Origin: a virus
Taxonomy: Duplodnaviria > Heunggongvirae > Uroviricota > Caudoviricetes
Strand: one strand, 5' to 3'
Virus record (IMG/VR): IMGVR_UViG_3300042885_000900
DNA: 54,999 nt
Below, one piece after another: positions 1 to 7,802 of this stretch. The position numbers and the translations under genes were made by a program. Below the pieces are notes generated by a model. That model was given only the letters and a program-made list of their open reading frames with translations. It searched no databases and had not been told where the DNA came from. Numbering within the stretch: position 1 is the first letter of the stretch; each line of letters starts with the position of its first letter.

Positions 1-140
1 GAAAAAAGTGGGAGCCTGAACACCAGTCTTACTGGTAGGGACTACTCTCCAAATTCTCAATTTCTGAGTCATAAATTTTAGCTAATAGCTAAAACTATGT
101 GGAGTTGGGTTGGTTGTTTTTCATATTTTTAAATTTTTTG

Positions 141-220
141 TATCCCCGGTGGGAGTCGAACCCACACGCCGAAGCAACAAGTCTTAAGCCTGTCGTGTAT
201 ACCAGTTTCACCACGGAGAT
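141..220 (-). tRNA. tRNA-Leu(TAA)
   Basis: Cloverleaf; anticodon arm ACAGG-CTTAAGA-CTTGT, long variable arm, GGTTCGACTCC T arm. Confidence 0.9.
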
Positions 221-221
221 G

Positions 222-430
222 TGTTCCCCCAATGAGATTAGTTTGGGGTAGATTTTTTCTGTTTTCCTATTCAAAAGTCGAGACGGTCTTACCCGCACAT
301 AAAAGTCAACTATTACTTGGAGGTGAGTTAGTATGCTCCCTTTTCCCAAAGACCTCATCTGTAAAACCGTTTGAGGCGTCAGCCACATCATTATTTCGAA
401 CGATGCCAAATCATTGAGTATCTCTATCTC
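222..430 (-). ncRNA. Candidate structured RNA between tRNA genes
   Basis: CTCAATGA can pair with TCATTGGG near the other end; several internal hairpins; no convincing ORF. Confidence 0.4.
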
Positions 431-435
431 AATTG

Positions 436-516
436 TAGTCAGGACAGGACTCGAACCTGTAATTCCGGTTAAACCCCTCGACGGGGCCGCGTCTATCCAA
501 TTCCGCCACCCGACTA
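436..516 (-). ncRNA. tRNA-like RNA with non-canonical anticodon loop
   Basis: Acceptor, Leu-like D arm and canonical T arm present; anticodon arm GCCCC-GTCGA-GGGGT has no U33. Confidence 0.7.
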
Positions 517-591
517 TTTTCCCGTCTTTCCGAGATGTCAACTACTTACCAATTAGCCTCATTGGTCAATCCTCTTATAGTCGATTTTGAT

Positions 592-665
592 GGTAAGGTG
601 GGATTCGAACCCACATCCTTTCAGCCAATTAAGACCGAACGCTTTCGCCGTTTGAGCTTCTTACC
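592..665 (-). ncRNA. tRNA-like RNA with 7-bp anticodon stem and 6-nt loop
   Basis: GGTAAG/CTTACC acceptor, canonical T arm, TTCGGTC-TTAATT-GGCTGAA arm. Confidence 0.7.
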
Positions 666-898
666 AAACATTTTGGAAAAACTTGATGATTACGTTTACC
701 ATCTTCGACTTGAGTTTGTCTTATTCATTTTCCCATTTTTTTTTGAGAGATTTCCCTGTAAAATACAGTCAATCTCGTCCTAAACCAAATCATTCTTTCT
801 TTTAAGGTTAAGAAACATTTAACTACCTATTTGACACCACTGACTTTTCTTAACTACAAAAAACAGACTCTCAAACTGAACCCCGGAAAAACGACTCG

Positions 899-971
899 AG
901 CTTCCGACCGGTCTCGAACCGACAACTTCGACCTTACAAGGGACGCACTCTACCAATTGAGTTACGGAAGC
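899..971 (-). tRNA. tRNA-Thr(TGT)
   Basis: Cloverleaf, loop CTTGTAA. Confidence 0.92.
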
Positions 972-1187
972 CTGTTGCAGAGTATTTTTTTTAAGTAGAA
1001 GTCAACTCTGTCTCTTAAACTACTAAAAGAAACTGTCCAAGGTCTATCCTGCTTTCGCTGTCCAGATTTTTCTCTGTTTCTTAAAACATCATCACTTCGG
1101 CCACATTGGGAGAACCGCAGTTCCCACGTAGTTTAAGGAGGTAGTTGGCGGCGTATCACACCGAGTTATGATAATGTATTAAAAAAA

Positions 1188-1312
1188 AAACCAACAACCG
1201 GATTTGAAACTTACCTACGCACAGTGAGGTATCCGGTCTTCATCGTTCGCATTGCCTAATCATTGAGTACTATTTCATTTCGGCTGCCGTGCGTGTCATT
1301 AGTGATGGTTTT
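1188..1312 (-). ncRNA. Candidate pseudoknotted RNA
   Basis: Ends pair (AAACCA/TGGTTT); CCGGAT/ATCCGG and TACCT/AGGTA stems; loop CTGTGCGT is complementary to upstream ACGCACGG; U-tract follows. Confidence 0.55.
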
Positions 1313-1323
1313 AATCTTTATTG

Positions 1324-1396
1324 TACCCCAGGAGGGAATCGAACCCTCAAAATCTTGTGCCTAAAACAAGCGTGTCTACCGTTCCACCACCGGGGC
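1324..1396 (-). tRNA. tRNA-Leu(TAG), short variable region
   Basis: CTTGT-TTTAGGC-ACAAG; variable region only about 5 nt. Confidence 0.85.
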
Positions 1397-1506
1397 GTTT
1401 TGGTGGGTCTCGACCCCACCTGTTTGAATTACTTGTTGATTCCTCTTACTTTTCTCACCTAACTAGTATGTGGTGTGTAAAACCAATCTACCATCACTCA
1501 ACCCAT

Positions 1507-1770
1507 TTACTTCGTCTCAATAATATTATAGGTTCCTTGAACCATTCCGAAACTTGAATCCTCGTGGAATTTGTAAGTCTCAGGGACTTCTCCTTCTCTC
1601 ATAGGCCTTGAAACAGTCCAAAGATGTTCATCTTTCCAAGTAACGTTTACCAACTTTTCACCCTGAGGTAATTTGATGGTTCCGGTCCCTCCAAAACTTT
1701 TCACTCTTTGATTCTCTGTACAAGATGCCAAAGATACTAATAATATTAAACTTAAAACAACTTTTTTCAT
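1507..1770 (-). CDS. Putative lipoprotein
   Basis: Signal peptide ending in lipobox LASC. Confidence 0.8.
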   Translation of the reverse strand: MKKVVLSLILLVSLASCTENQRVKSFGGTGTIKLPQGEKLVNVTWKDEHLWTVSRPMREGEVPETYKFHEDSSFGMVQGTYNIIETK

Positions 1771-1798
1771 AAAAATAACAAATAAAATTAAAAAATTG

Positions 1799-1870
1799 TG
1801 ACCCCACAGGGATTCGAACCCCGATTGAAAGCTTAGAAGGCTTTAGTCCTATCCGTTGAACGATGGAGCC
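1799..1870 (-). tRNA. tRNA-Arg(TCT)
   Basis: AAAGC-CTTCTAA-GCTTT. Confidence 0.92.
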
Positions 1871-1874
1871 AAAG

Positions 1875-1948
1875 AGCAACATGCCGGTCTCGAACCGGCC
1901 TTATTTCACATTGGAAGTGTGATGCCATACCTACTAGGCGAATGTTGC
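1875..1948 (-). tRNA. tRNA-Gly(TCC)
   Basis: TCACA-CTTCCAA-TGTGA, U73. Confidence 0.92.
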
Positions 1949-2081
1949 AGTTTAGATGAACTTCGGACTTGTGTACCGAAATGAGACCCAATAATTAAAT
2001 CACTAACCCTAGGTGTGGTCTATTCATCTATTTTTTTAAACTTATACCTTGAAAATAAATTTAAATTTTAAACTTGTAAGT

Positions 2082-2255
2082 TTAAACTTTTGTTTTAAGG
2101 TTGTTGATTTCTCTCTCAATTCTTTTCTTATCAGAATCAGTTAAAGGAATCTTGGTATTCATAGTACCCTTTTCGGTTTTTACACCATTTTTTAATTGTT
2201 TCTCCAACACTTCAAGAACTCTTTGTTGTCTTGACCTTTTCGCTACTGTAGCCAT
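2082..2255 (-). CDS. Small basic hypothetical protein (57 aa, MATVAKRSRQQ...)
   Basis: Hand-translated ORF below the track cutoff. Confidence 0.7.
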   Translation of the reverse strand: MATVAKRSRQQRVLEVLEKQLKNGVKTEKGTMNTKIPLTDSDKKRIEREINNLKTKV

Positions 2256-2277
2256 ACGGATTTAGTTATTAAATTAG

Positions 2278-2350
2278 TAGCGTAGGGCAGGTAACGCTCC
2301 TGCTTTAGTCGGCTTATGAGACCGATGAGATACTATACCTCCCCCTCGCG
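2278..2350 (-). tRNA. tRNA-Met(CAT), initiator-like, non-canonical T loop
   Basis: TCGGT-CTCATAA-GCCGA; C1 unpaired; T loop AGCGTTA; one bulge in the acceptor stem. Confidence 0.8.
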
Positions 2351-2357
2351 ATGTTAG

Positions 2358-2455
2358 CTGATTAATAAGGATTTGAACCTTATTCCTGTTTCCACCCTCG
2401 GTCTCGCATAATTCGGACCTAATAGCTTCTACCGTGCTCCATACACCATAATCAA
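2358..2455 (-). ncRNA. tRNA-like RNA with expanded central region
   Basis: TGATTA/TAATCA acceptor, GTGT/GCAC D stem, TAAGG-TTCAAAT-CCTTA T arm, about 50 nt in place of the anticodon and variable arms. Confidence 0.5.
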
Positions 2456-2506
2456 TCGATGGTTTCGAACCCATCAGTCTTAAAATTAATTACTTCTTAA
2501 GATTTG

Positions 2507-2577
2507 CGGTCTATGACGGTAACGCTCCGTCTACTCAACAGTGACAGTGTTGGATGATGCTTCTTCACTAATAGACC
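2507..2577 (-). tRNA. tRNA-Asp(GTC), non-canonical T loop
   Basis: CAACA-CTGTCAC-TGTTG; T loop AGCGTTA; G73. Confidence 0.88.
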
Positions 2578-2635
2578 TTGTTTTTATTCTCTACAAAGAT
2601 AGTCATTAAGTTTTTAATAACCAAATTTATTTTTG

Positions 2636-2707
2636 TGGAGGTACACGGTAACGCTCCGTGTTCTGTGATTTGCAAAACCACTGTAATTGCTTTTATACGA
2701 TACCCCC
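2636..2707 (-). tRNA. tRNA-Ala(TGC), non-canonical T loop
   Basis: GTGGT-TTTGCAA-ATCAC; G3:U70 identity pair; T loop AGCGTTA. Confidence 0.9.
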
Positions 2708-2771
2708 GTTTATTCGTCTTTCCGAATCGTCAACATTGTGTAATTAGGGGACACGTTGTTCATAACCCTTG

Positions 2772-2843
2772 TACTGCCACGGAGAATCGAACTCCGATTT
2801 TATGGATGAAAACCATATATCCTGACCGTTAGATGATGGCAGC
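2772..2843 (-). tRNA. tRNA-Glu(TTC)
   Basis: TATGG-TTTTCAT-CCATA. Confidence 0.92.
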
Positions 2844-2944
2844 GAATTTTGGATAGATGAGGTTCTATCCGGACCAGGACCTTCTCCCTTGGGAGATGTC
2901 ATTTTAATATTACCAATATTTCAATTAACTTGTTTCTTTTTGAT

Positions 2945-2982
2945 GGTACAAAGATAATACTTTATTTCATTATACCAAACTT
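2945..2982 (-). promoter_or_regulatory. Bacteroidota-type housekeeping promoter (TTTG...TATCTTTG)
   Basis: Matches the -33/-7 consensus; same motif near 3680, 6650, 7015, 7930, 12495, 25030, 34510, 36580, 53340 (-) and 27700, 47320 (+). Confidence 0.75.
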
Positions 2983-3089
2983 TATTCTTCTTTTTTTTCT
3001 GTTGAATCATCCTCAACTAAAACATTTTTCAATCCGTAGGTTACTCCCAATATCGGTGAGTAATCCATAACCAATTCTTCTCTAATCAT
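2982..3089 (-). CDS. Small hypothetical protein (35 aa)
   Basis: Hand-translated ORF MIREELVMDYS... Confidence 0.5.
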   Translation of the reverse strand: MIREELVMDYSPILGVTYGLKNVLVEDDSTEKKEE

Positions 3090-3097
3090 AATAATTA

Positions 3098-3208
3098 TTA
3101 TTTTTTTGTTATTTTATCAACATATCCTTTACCTAGAACTACCAATACCACTAAACATACCAATAATCCCCCCATTATAACAATTATTTGTTCTCCTGTA
3201 TAATCCAT
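3098..3208 (-). CDS. Small membrane protein
   Basis: One hydrophobic segment; start re-called to MDYTGEQ. Confidence 0.55.
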   Translation of the reverse strand: MDYTGEQIIVIMGGLLVCLVVLVVLGKGYVDKITKK

Positions 3209-3224
3209 ATCTTTAATTTGTTTT

Positions 3225-3455
3225 TTACCAATTATTGGTGTTATAAATACAAAATTGTGAACCCACTTGGGCGTTTCTCCAATCATTCGGGTATAGATAA
3301 AACAATTTATCGTCTCCGGTACATTCATTTCTAATTACAACAGAATAATCTCGTACTCTATTACTAATTACTAACCCACAATTACAACTCACATATCCAT
3401 CAACAGAACAAGATAAGAATAGTGGGATGACCATAATTAAAATCAATTTTTTCAT
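3225..3455 (-). CDS. Putative Cys-rich lipoprotein
   Basis: Signal peptide with FLSC lipobox. Confidence 0.75.
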   Translation of the reverse strand: MKKLILIMVIPLFLSCSVDGYVSCNCGLVISNRVRDYSVVIRNECTGDDKLFYLYPNDWRNAQVGSQFCIYNTNNW

Positions 3456-3475
3456 AAATTATTTCTTTTAAACTT

Positions 3476-3661
3476 CTAATTCCAATCTTCATATTCTACA
3501 CTACCATCATCATCCCAAGCGTCTTCCTCTTCATCTTCATCCTTTAATCCACACTCACCTCTAAAATCTAAGTAAGGTATCATATCATCTTCGTGACCAT
3601 TCTTTTGATGTTTCTCCCAAGATTCTCTACATTTTTCTTCTGTCATGATTTCTTGTTTCAT
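3476..3661 (-). CDS. Acidic hypothetical protein
   Basis: ORF directly downstream of a TAnnTTTG promoter. Confidence 0.7.
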   Translation of the reverse strand: MKQEIMTEEKCRESWEKHQKNGHEDDMIPYLDFRGECGLKDEDEEEDAWDDDGSVEYEDWN

Positions 3662-3983
3662 AATCCTTTTATTTGATACAAAGGTAATACATTATTTCAT
3701 TCTGCCAAATAAAAACCAAAAAAAAATCCACCTTTTTTTGAAGATGGATTTTAAAATATTTTTTTACTTAAATATATATCATACCATCGACTTCCAAGTT
3801 GTATCTCTACCCTCAGTTCCCGCTATCGTAAGTAATATGTTTAAAGTTTGCATTTTTTGTGTTATTGTAATTTCTTATAAATATACGCTAATTTACCAAA
3901 GTGTCAAGTGATTTTAAAATTAATTTTTTAATTAATCTCAATTTCAAGATATTTATAGTAAATAAACTTTTAAAAATTCAATT

Positions 3984-4148
3984 ATGAATAAAGAACAAAT
4001 TTTTGGTGTTATTCGCCACGTATTCACTGCCATTGGTGGTATTGTCATTGCACAAGGGTATATATCTGATAGTATGTACACTGAATTATCCGGAGCGGTA
4101 TTAACATTAACTGGTGTAATTTGGTCAATTGTTTCTAAAAAACAGTAG
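3984..4148 (+). CDS. Small two-TM protein, putative holin (54 aa, MNKEQIFGVIRH...)
   Basis: Hand-translated; two hydrophobic helices; TATTTAT upstream and terminator downstream. Confidence 0.75.
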   Translation: MNKEQIFGVIRHVFTAIGGIVIAQGYISDSMYTELSGAVLTLTGVIWSIVSKKQ

Positions 4149-4159
4149 TATAATAAACA

Positions 4160-4192
4160 GAAAAAAGGTTAGAGAAATCTAACCTTTTTTTT
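4160..4192. terminator. Bidirectional intrinsic terminator
   Basis: AAAAAAGGTTAGA-GAAA-TCTAACCTTTTTT between convergent units. Confidence 0.8.
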
Positions 4193-4210
4193 ATGCCTAT
4201 AAGTTAAATA

Positions 4211-4426
4211 AAAAAAGTTTAACAACCCCGCCCTCGGGTCGTAGCGGGCAACTTGAGAATCACTTCTCGTGGGAATTCCGGAATTGGTTGTGTTCCTCAC
4301 CGGCGTACCAGTCCTTATTTATCCTTTACCGTATTTCTACGGTGCTACTGTTGGGAGGTCACCCCTATCAACACAACTAGTCCATTAGTTTTTTAGAGTA
4401 TGGACACCCCGGTTGTTAAACTTTTT
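4211..4426 (-). ncRNA. Candidate multi-helix ncRNA (about 215 nt)
   Basis: 16-bp terminal helix; GAAA, TACG and GTGA tetraloop hairpins when read on the minus strand. Confidence 0.65.
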
Positions 4427-4486
4427 AATTTACATTCACCGTATTTCTACGGCGATAATCGCCGGTATCTCACCGTATTAATAAAT

Positions 4487-4638
4487 AAAAACAGACAATG
4501 AGGATTCTCCGATATTTCAGTCTTAGGGGACTAGACGGGCATCATACCCGTGTTTACCCTCGGAGGTCTCTTGGTTTGGTTGATTACTCCGAACCTCACC
4601 TCTACACTACCACTGACGTAAGTTATAGGTCTGTTTTT
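4487..4638 (-). ncRNA. Candidate closed structured RNA (about 150 nt)
   Basis: AAAAACAGAC/GTCTGTTTTT terminal helix, GC-enriched interior, no ORF. Confidence 0.5.
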
Positions 4639-4793
4639 AATTCTTTGTAAAACAACAGACGGCTTTGAAGTACATCCACACCAACAATTATGACCGACTT
4701 CACCTTATGTGGAAGTTTAGTTTTACAATATCTATCAAGATTTACCCCAGTCTTTAGGTCGCTATTAATACCTTTAGTCCTTATTCTCAAATT

Positions 4794-4854
4794 AATTAAT
4801 ACAGGAATCGAACCTGCGTCTGGGCCGTCACCCCGTAGTACCACTCTACTAATT
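4794..4854 (-). ncRNA. Miniature tRNA-like RNA
   Basis: AATTAGT/ATTAATT acceptor-like stem, GCAGG-TTCGATT-CCTGT T arm, reduced D arm. Confidence 0.4.
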
Positions 4855-4923
4855 TTTCATTTTACCTTCCGGAGATAACTTTCGTCATGTCACCTTATCC
4901 AACCTTATATGGATAAATCTTTT

Positions 4924-5033
4924 GCCCTTCCAGTGGGAATCGAACCCACATACTCTTAATACATTCTTGGGATGGTTACCGGAGGGAGATGTATTCGTCT
5001 CTGTGTTTTGCTCTTTTTAAACTACAGAAGGAT
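4924..5033 (-). ncRNA. tRNA-like RNA with expanded anticodon region
   Basis: CCTTC/GAAGG acceptor, GTGGG-TTCGATT-CCCAC T arm, AATACAT/ATGTATT stem enclosing 24 nt. Confidence 0.55.
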
Positions 5034-5037
5034 TTTG

Positions 5038-5106
5038 CACGCCATCAAAGAATCGAACTCTGTCCTATGGGTTTGGAATCCATTTGGCTACCTTAGCCTA
5101 TGACGC
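5038..5106 (-). tRNA. tRNA-Trp(CCA)
   Basis: ATGGA-TTCCAAA-CCCAT; compact D arm. Confidence 0.88.
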
Positions 5107-5115
5107 ATTTTATTG

Positions 5116-5198
5116 AGTTCAGGGTCGGATTCGAACCGACGAGGACTTTCGTCATTGGTTTTGCAGACCAATCTAATCAACCACTCTAGCACCTGAAC
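5116..5198 (-). tRNA. tRNA-Cys(GCA) with long variable arm
   Basis: TTGGT-CTGCAAA-ACCAA; U73; variable hairpin GAC-GAAA-GTC. Confidence 0.88.
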
Positions 5199-5259
5199 AT
5201 TTAAAGTAAAATATAATTTACAAATACACCCATTTTTGTAAATTATATTTAATGTTAAT

Positions 5260-5505
5260 TTAATATCCTATTTCATCTTTAACCTCCCATTGTTTATCAA
5301 TGGGGATTCTTTCAATCTTTTCCACCGGAACAAATCCGTCAAATCCTTTGTCTTTAACATCTTCAAAATGTTCTATGGTGTCCAATTGGAACCCAAACTT
5401 ATATCTCATGTATTGGAACTTTTCACCATCCCAATAAGCGACGTGGTTGTTTCTACAAAAACCATTATACCACCCCTCAACCATTTCATTTTTTGGTATC
5501 ATCAT
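5260..5505 (-). CDS. Hypothetical protein
   Basis: ORF; start re-called to MMIPK because the upstream part lies in an RNA hairpin. Confidence 0.7.
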   Translation of the reverse strand: MMIPKNEMVEGWYNGFCRNNHVAYWDGEKFQYMRYKFGFQLDTIEHFEDVKDKGFDGFVPVEKIERIPIDKQWEVKDEIGY

Positions 5506-5614
5506 TTCTATTTTTATATTAGCACCCTCTTTCTTACTCAAGTGGATTGATTCAGCCACGCGTATTGTAAGAGTAGGGTCACGTAGTTACTGGATGAACC
5601 CAAATAACTTACTT

Positions 5615-5705
5615 GTTGAGAACTCATTTGGGTTGTAGGATATTGTCTTCCTCTTCATCCATTATTTCTTATGGCACTAATTCCTTTCTCAAGGGAACAA
5701 CACAT
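5615..5705 (-). ncRNA. Repeated structured RNA motif, copy 1
   Basis: Conserved 5' and 3' blocks shared with 10776-10861; predicted pseudoknot. Confidence 0.65.
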
Positions 5706-5886
5706 CTACCATTTCTGATAGTATCTTTATGTAAATTTAATTATGGTAAGCAGGGCGCCTGGTATTATCTTCTAGAAGACAGGGACAAACTTATACTCTT
5801 ACCTTTTGGACTATGCCTAGCCACTTTCCCATTTCATTTATAATTAATTTACAAAGGTTCGATGTTTAACCTATTTTATTAGTCCA

Positions 5887-6108
5887 TTAATTAAAAGTTA
5901 TCTGACATTTAGACGCCTTTAACTTTTTATCTAAACTTTTTTTAGCACCAACCTCAATATACCTACGGTTACTATAGTACTTGTGCATTCTCTCACAATG
6001 GGTTGAACAACTTTCTAATCCAACAATTATTAAGAATGAGATGATTGCGATAACATAACTTCTTAAACTACAGACATAAGGTCCGTACAAATCAAACATT
6101 TTTTTCAT
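5887..6108 (-). CDS. Hypothetical membrane or lipoprotein
   Basis: Hydrophobic segment followed by LESC. Confidence 0.6.
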   Translation of the reverse strand: MKKMFDLYGPYVCSLRSYVIAIISFLIIVGLESCSTHCERMHKYYSNRRYIEVGAKKSLDKKLKASKCQITFN

Positions 6109-6119
6109 ATTTTTTATTT

Positions 6120-6305
6120 TTACAAAGATACAATTACATTTCTACTTTTGAGAATTTTTCTTAAAAAAATTAATCTTTCTCTATGATTAGTATATTCATC
6201 CTCATCATTAGCTTTATGACCTCTAAATATTGATTCGGTTATCTCACAATCCAATTTAATAATTTCGGTTATAATCTCCTCCGTGGTTAATTTACTTTTT
6301 TTCAT
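6120..6305 (-). CDS. Hypothetical protein
   Basis: ORF in operon-like array. Confidence 0.7.
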   Translation of the reverse strand: MKKSKLTTEEIITEIIKLDCEITESIFRGHKANDEDEYTNHRERLIFLRKILKSRNVIVSL

Positions 6306-6625
6306 ATTTTCTCAAATTCGTCTTCAAATCCGTACCATTCATCACCATTTTCATCTTCGTACCAACATTTGTATTCTCGCTCGTACCGATTCCAATCAAT
6401 TCTTGTTAATTCAACTTCATTTCCCCCATCTTTGTTTTTAACCACTTCACCCACTTGGAATGCTTGTGGTGCGTAATTGTCGATTGTTTTACTTTGAACA
6501 ATTAAATCCCCAACACTTTTAACCTCATCGGTTTGGATGTTGGTGTAATTTCCTCCGGATGATAATTTCCACCCTTTACTATACAACCAAATCGTAAAAT
6601 CTAAAATCTCTTTTTCTAATAACAT
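6302..6625 (-). CDS. Hypothetical protein
   Basis: Start re-called to MLLEKE, downstream of the promoter motif. Confidence 0.7.
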   Translation of the reverse strand: MLLEKEILDFTIWLYSKGWKLSSGGNYTNIQTDEVKSVGDLIVQSKTIDNYAPQAFQVGEVVKNKDGGNEVELTRIDWNRYEREYKCWYEDENGDEWYGFEDEFEKI

Positions 6626-6657
6626 AATACATCTGTTTTGTGAGGACAAAGATAATA

Positions 6658-6990
6658 CTATTTTTTACCCAATCCTACAATTGTAACACTTTTAATCTTT
6701 TTTTTACCTTTTTTAACCTTTTTTTCAACTTTTGGTTGTGAAGCTCTATTTTGTAACGTCAATACCTTTCTAGTTACTTTACACATTTTTTCTAAAATCT
6801 CTAATGATTCAAGATTCTTAAAGAAAACAGTTAGAAGTTCTTCCGATTCGTCTGAAGAATAAATATTATCACCAATCATTCTTGGTTTTAATAATTTATT
6901 AAAACTAATAAAGGGTGTTTGAGTAATATTCTCAATTCCCGCACCCATAGACAATTCTCCCAATCCCGCAACAACAATACTTTTTTTCAT
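6658..6990 (-). CDS. Hypothetical protein with basic C-terminus
   Basis: Start re-called to MKKSIVV. Confidence 0.7.
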   Translation of the reverse strand: MKKSIVVAGLGELSMGAGIENITQTPFISFNKLLKPRMIGDNIYSSDESEELLTVFFKNLESLEILEKMCKVTRKVLTLQNRASQPKVEKKVKKGKKKIKSVTIVGLGKK

Positions 6991-7047
6991 AATTTTTATA
7001 TATTTAATTTCGACAAAGATAATACAATTTTTTAAACTACCAAACAA

Positions 7048-7443
7048 TTATTCATTTTTTTTCACTATTTCTATTAATTTTTTAAGACATTCTAGTTGTG
7101 CTTGTTCGTAAGAATTTTTATAGCCTATAAAGTTAATAAACATTTTACCCTTACCTAAATTTTTAGTTATTAACCAATCATACTTTTTAAATGTATCGTC
7201 ATCAGATTCTGTAGGAGATGTAAAATATCCATACTTCTCTCTAAACCATCTAAATGCTTGTGAGAATGTTGGTGCTGAGATATAATCATCAATTTCATTA
7301 TTCACATTTCTCATTTTACTATTTATAACCTCTTCTAATATTTCACTTAATTGGTCATTTTTATAGTAAGAAAAACAAGGTTCATCAAACCCTAATTCTT
7401 TTAAAGATAAAGCCAAGGTGTAAGGTATAAATTCTTTTTTCAT
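7048..7443 (-). CDS. Hypothetical protein, paralog of 7446-7802
   Basis: Shared PY.LAL.LKELGFDEPC, SAPT..QAFRWFR.KY and LECLKKLIEIVK blocks. Confidence 0.85.
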   Translation of the reverse strand: MKKEFIPYTLALSLKELGFDEPCFSYYKNDQLSEILEEVINSKMRNVNNEIDDYISAPTFSQAFRWFREKYGYFTSPTESDDDTFKKYDWLITKNLGKGKMFINFIGYKNSYEQAQLECLKKLIEIVKKNE

Positions 7444-7445
7444 AA

Positions 7446-7802
7446 CTATTTTTGTTTTACTATTTCTATTAATTTTTTTAAACATTCAAGTTCTGCTTCT
7501 TCGTGGGTAGTATATTGTTCCATTGAGTCAAAAACAATATTGTCTAATTCATCGTAGATTGGGTTATTATAAAATATCCTATCATTTTCTTCAACACAAG
7601 TTGATGGTGTTTGAGAATATAAATCATACTTCTGTCTAAACCATCTAAATGCTTGTTGATAAGTTGGTGCAGATATCACACAATGTGGCATTTCTTTTAT
7701 CATTAAAAATCCTCCTCCATCTCTATAACCCATACAAGGTTCATCAAATCCTAATTCTTTTAAAGCTAATGCGATTTCATAAGGAACAAAAAGACTTTCC
7801 AT
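7446..7802 (-). CDS. Hypothetical protein, paralog of 7048-7443
   Basis: Same shared blocks; start probably MESLFVPY. Confidence 0.85.
   Translation of the reverse strand: MESLFVPYEIALALKELGFDEPCMGYRDGGGFLMIKEMPHCVISAPTYQQAFRWFRQKYDLYSQTPSTCVEENDRIFYNNPIYDELDNIVFDSMEQYTTHEEAELECLKKLIEIVKQK

Noticed and set aside
10-50. Hairpin starting with the same 11 nt as tRNA-Ser(GCT)
   Set aside because: No T arm, close to the window edge, and context is insufficient.
1398-1505. Degenerate tRNA-Val (TGGT-TTTACAC-ACCA plus a distant T-like hairpin)
   Set aside because: No credible acceptor stem; too weak to call.
95-2832. Track ORFs across the tRNA island (e.g. 95-541, 535-783, 1321-1557, 1658-1882, 2274-2474, 2578-2832)
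   Set aside because: They overlap well-formed tRNA genes and have atypical composition; same for 4623-4878 and 11578-12269.
4650-4860. Possible tmRNA or RNase P RNA
   Set aside because: No GGGG 5' end with G3:U alanine acceptor, no tag ORF and no GAGGAAAGUCC/P4 signature.
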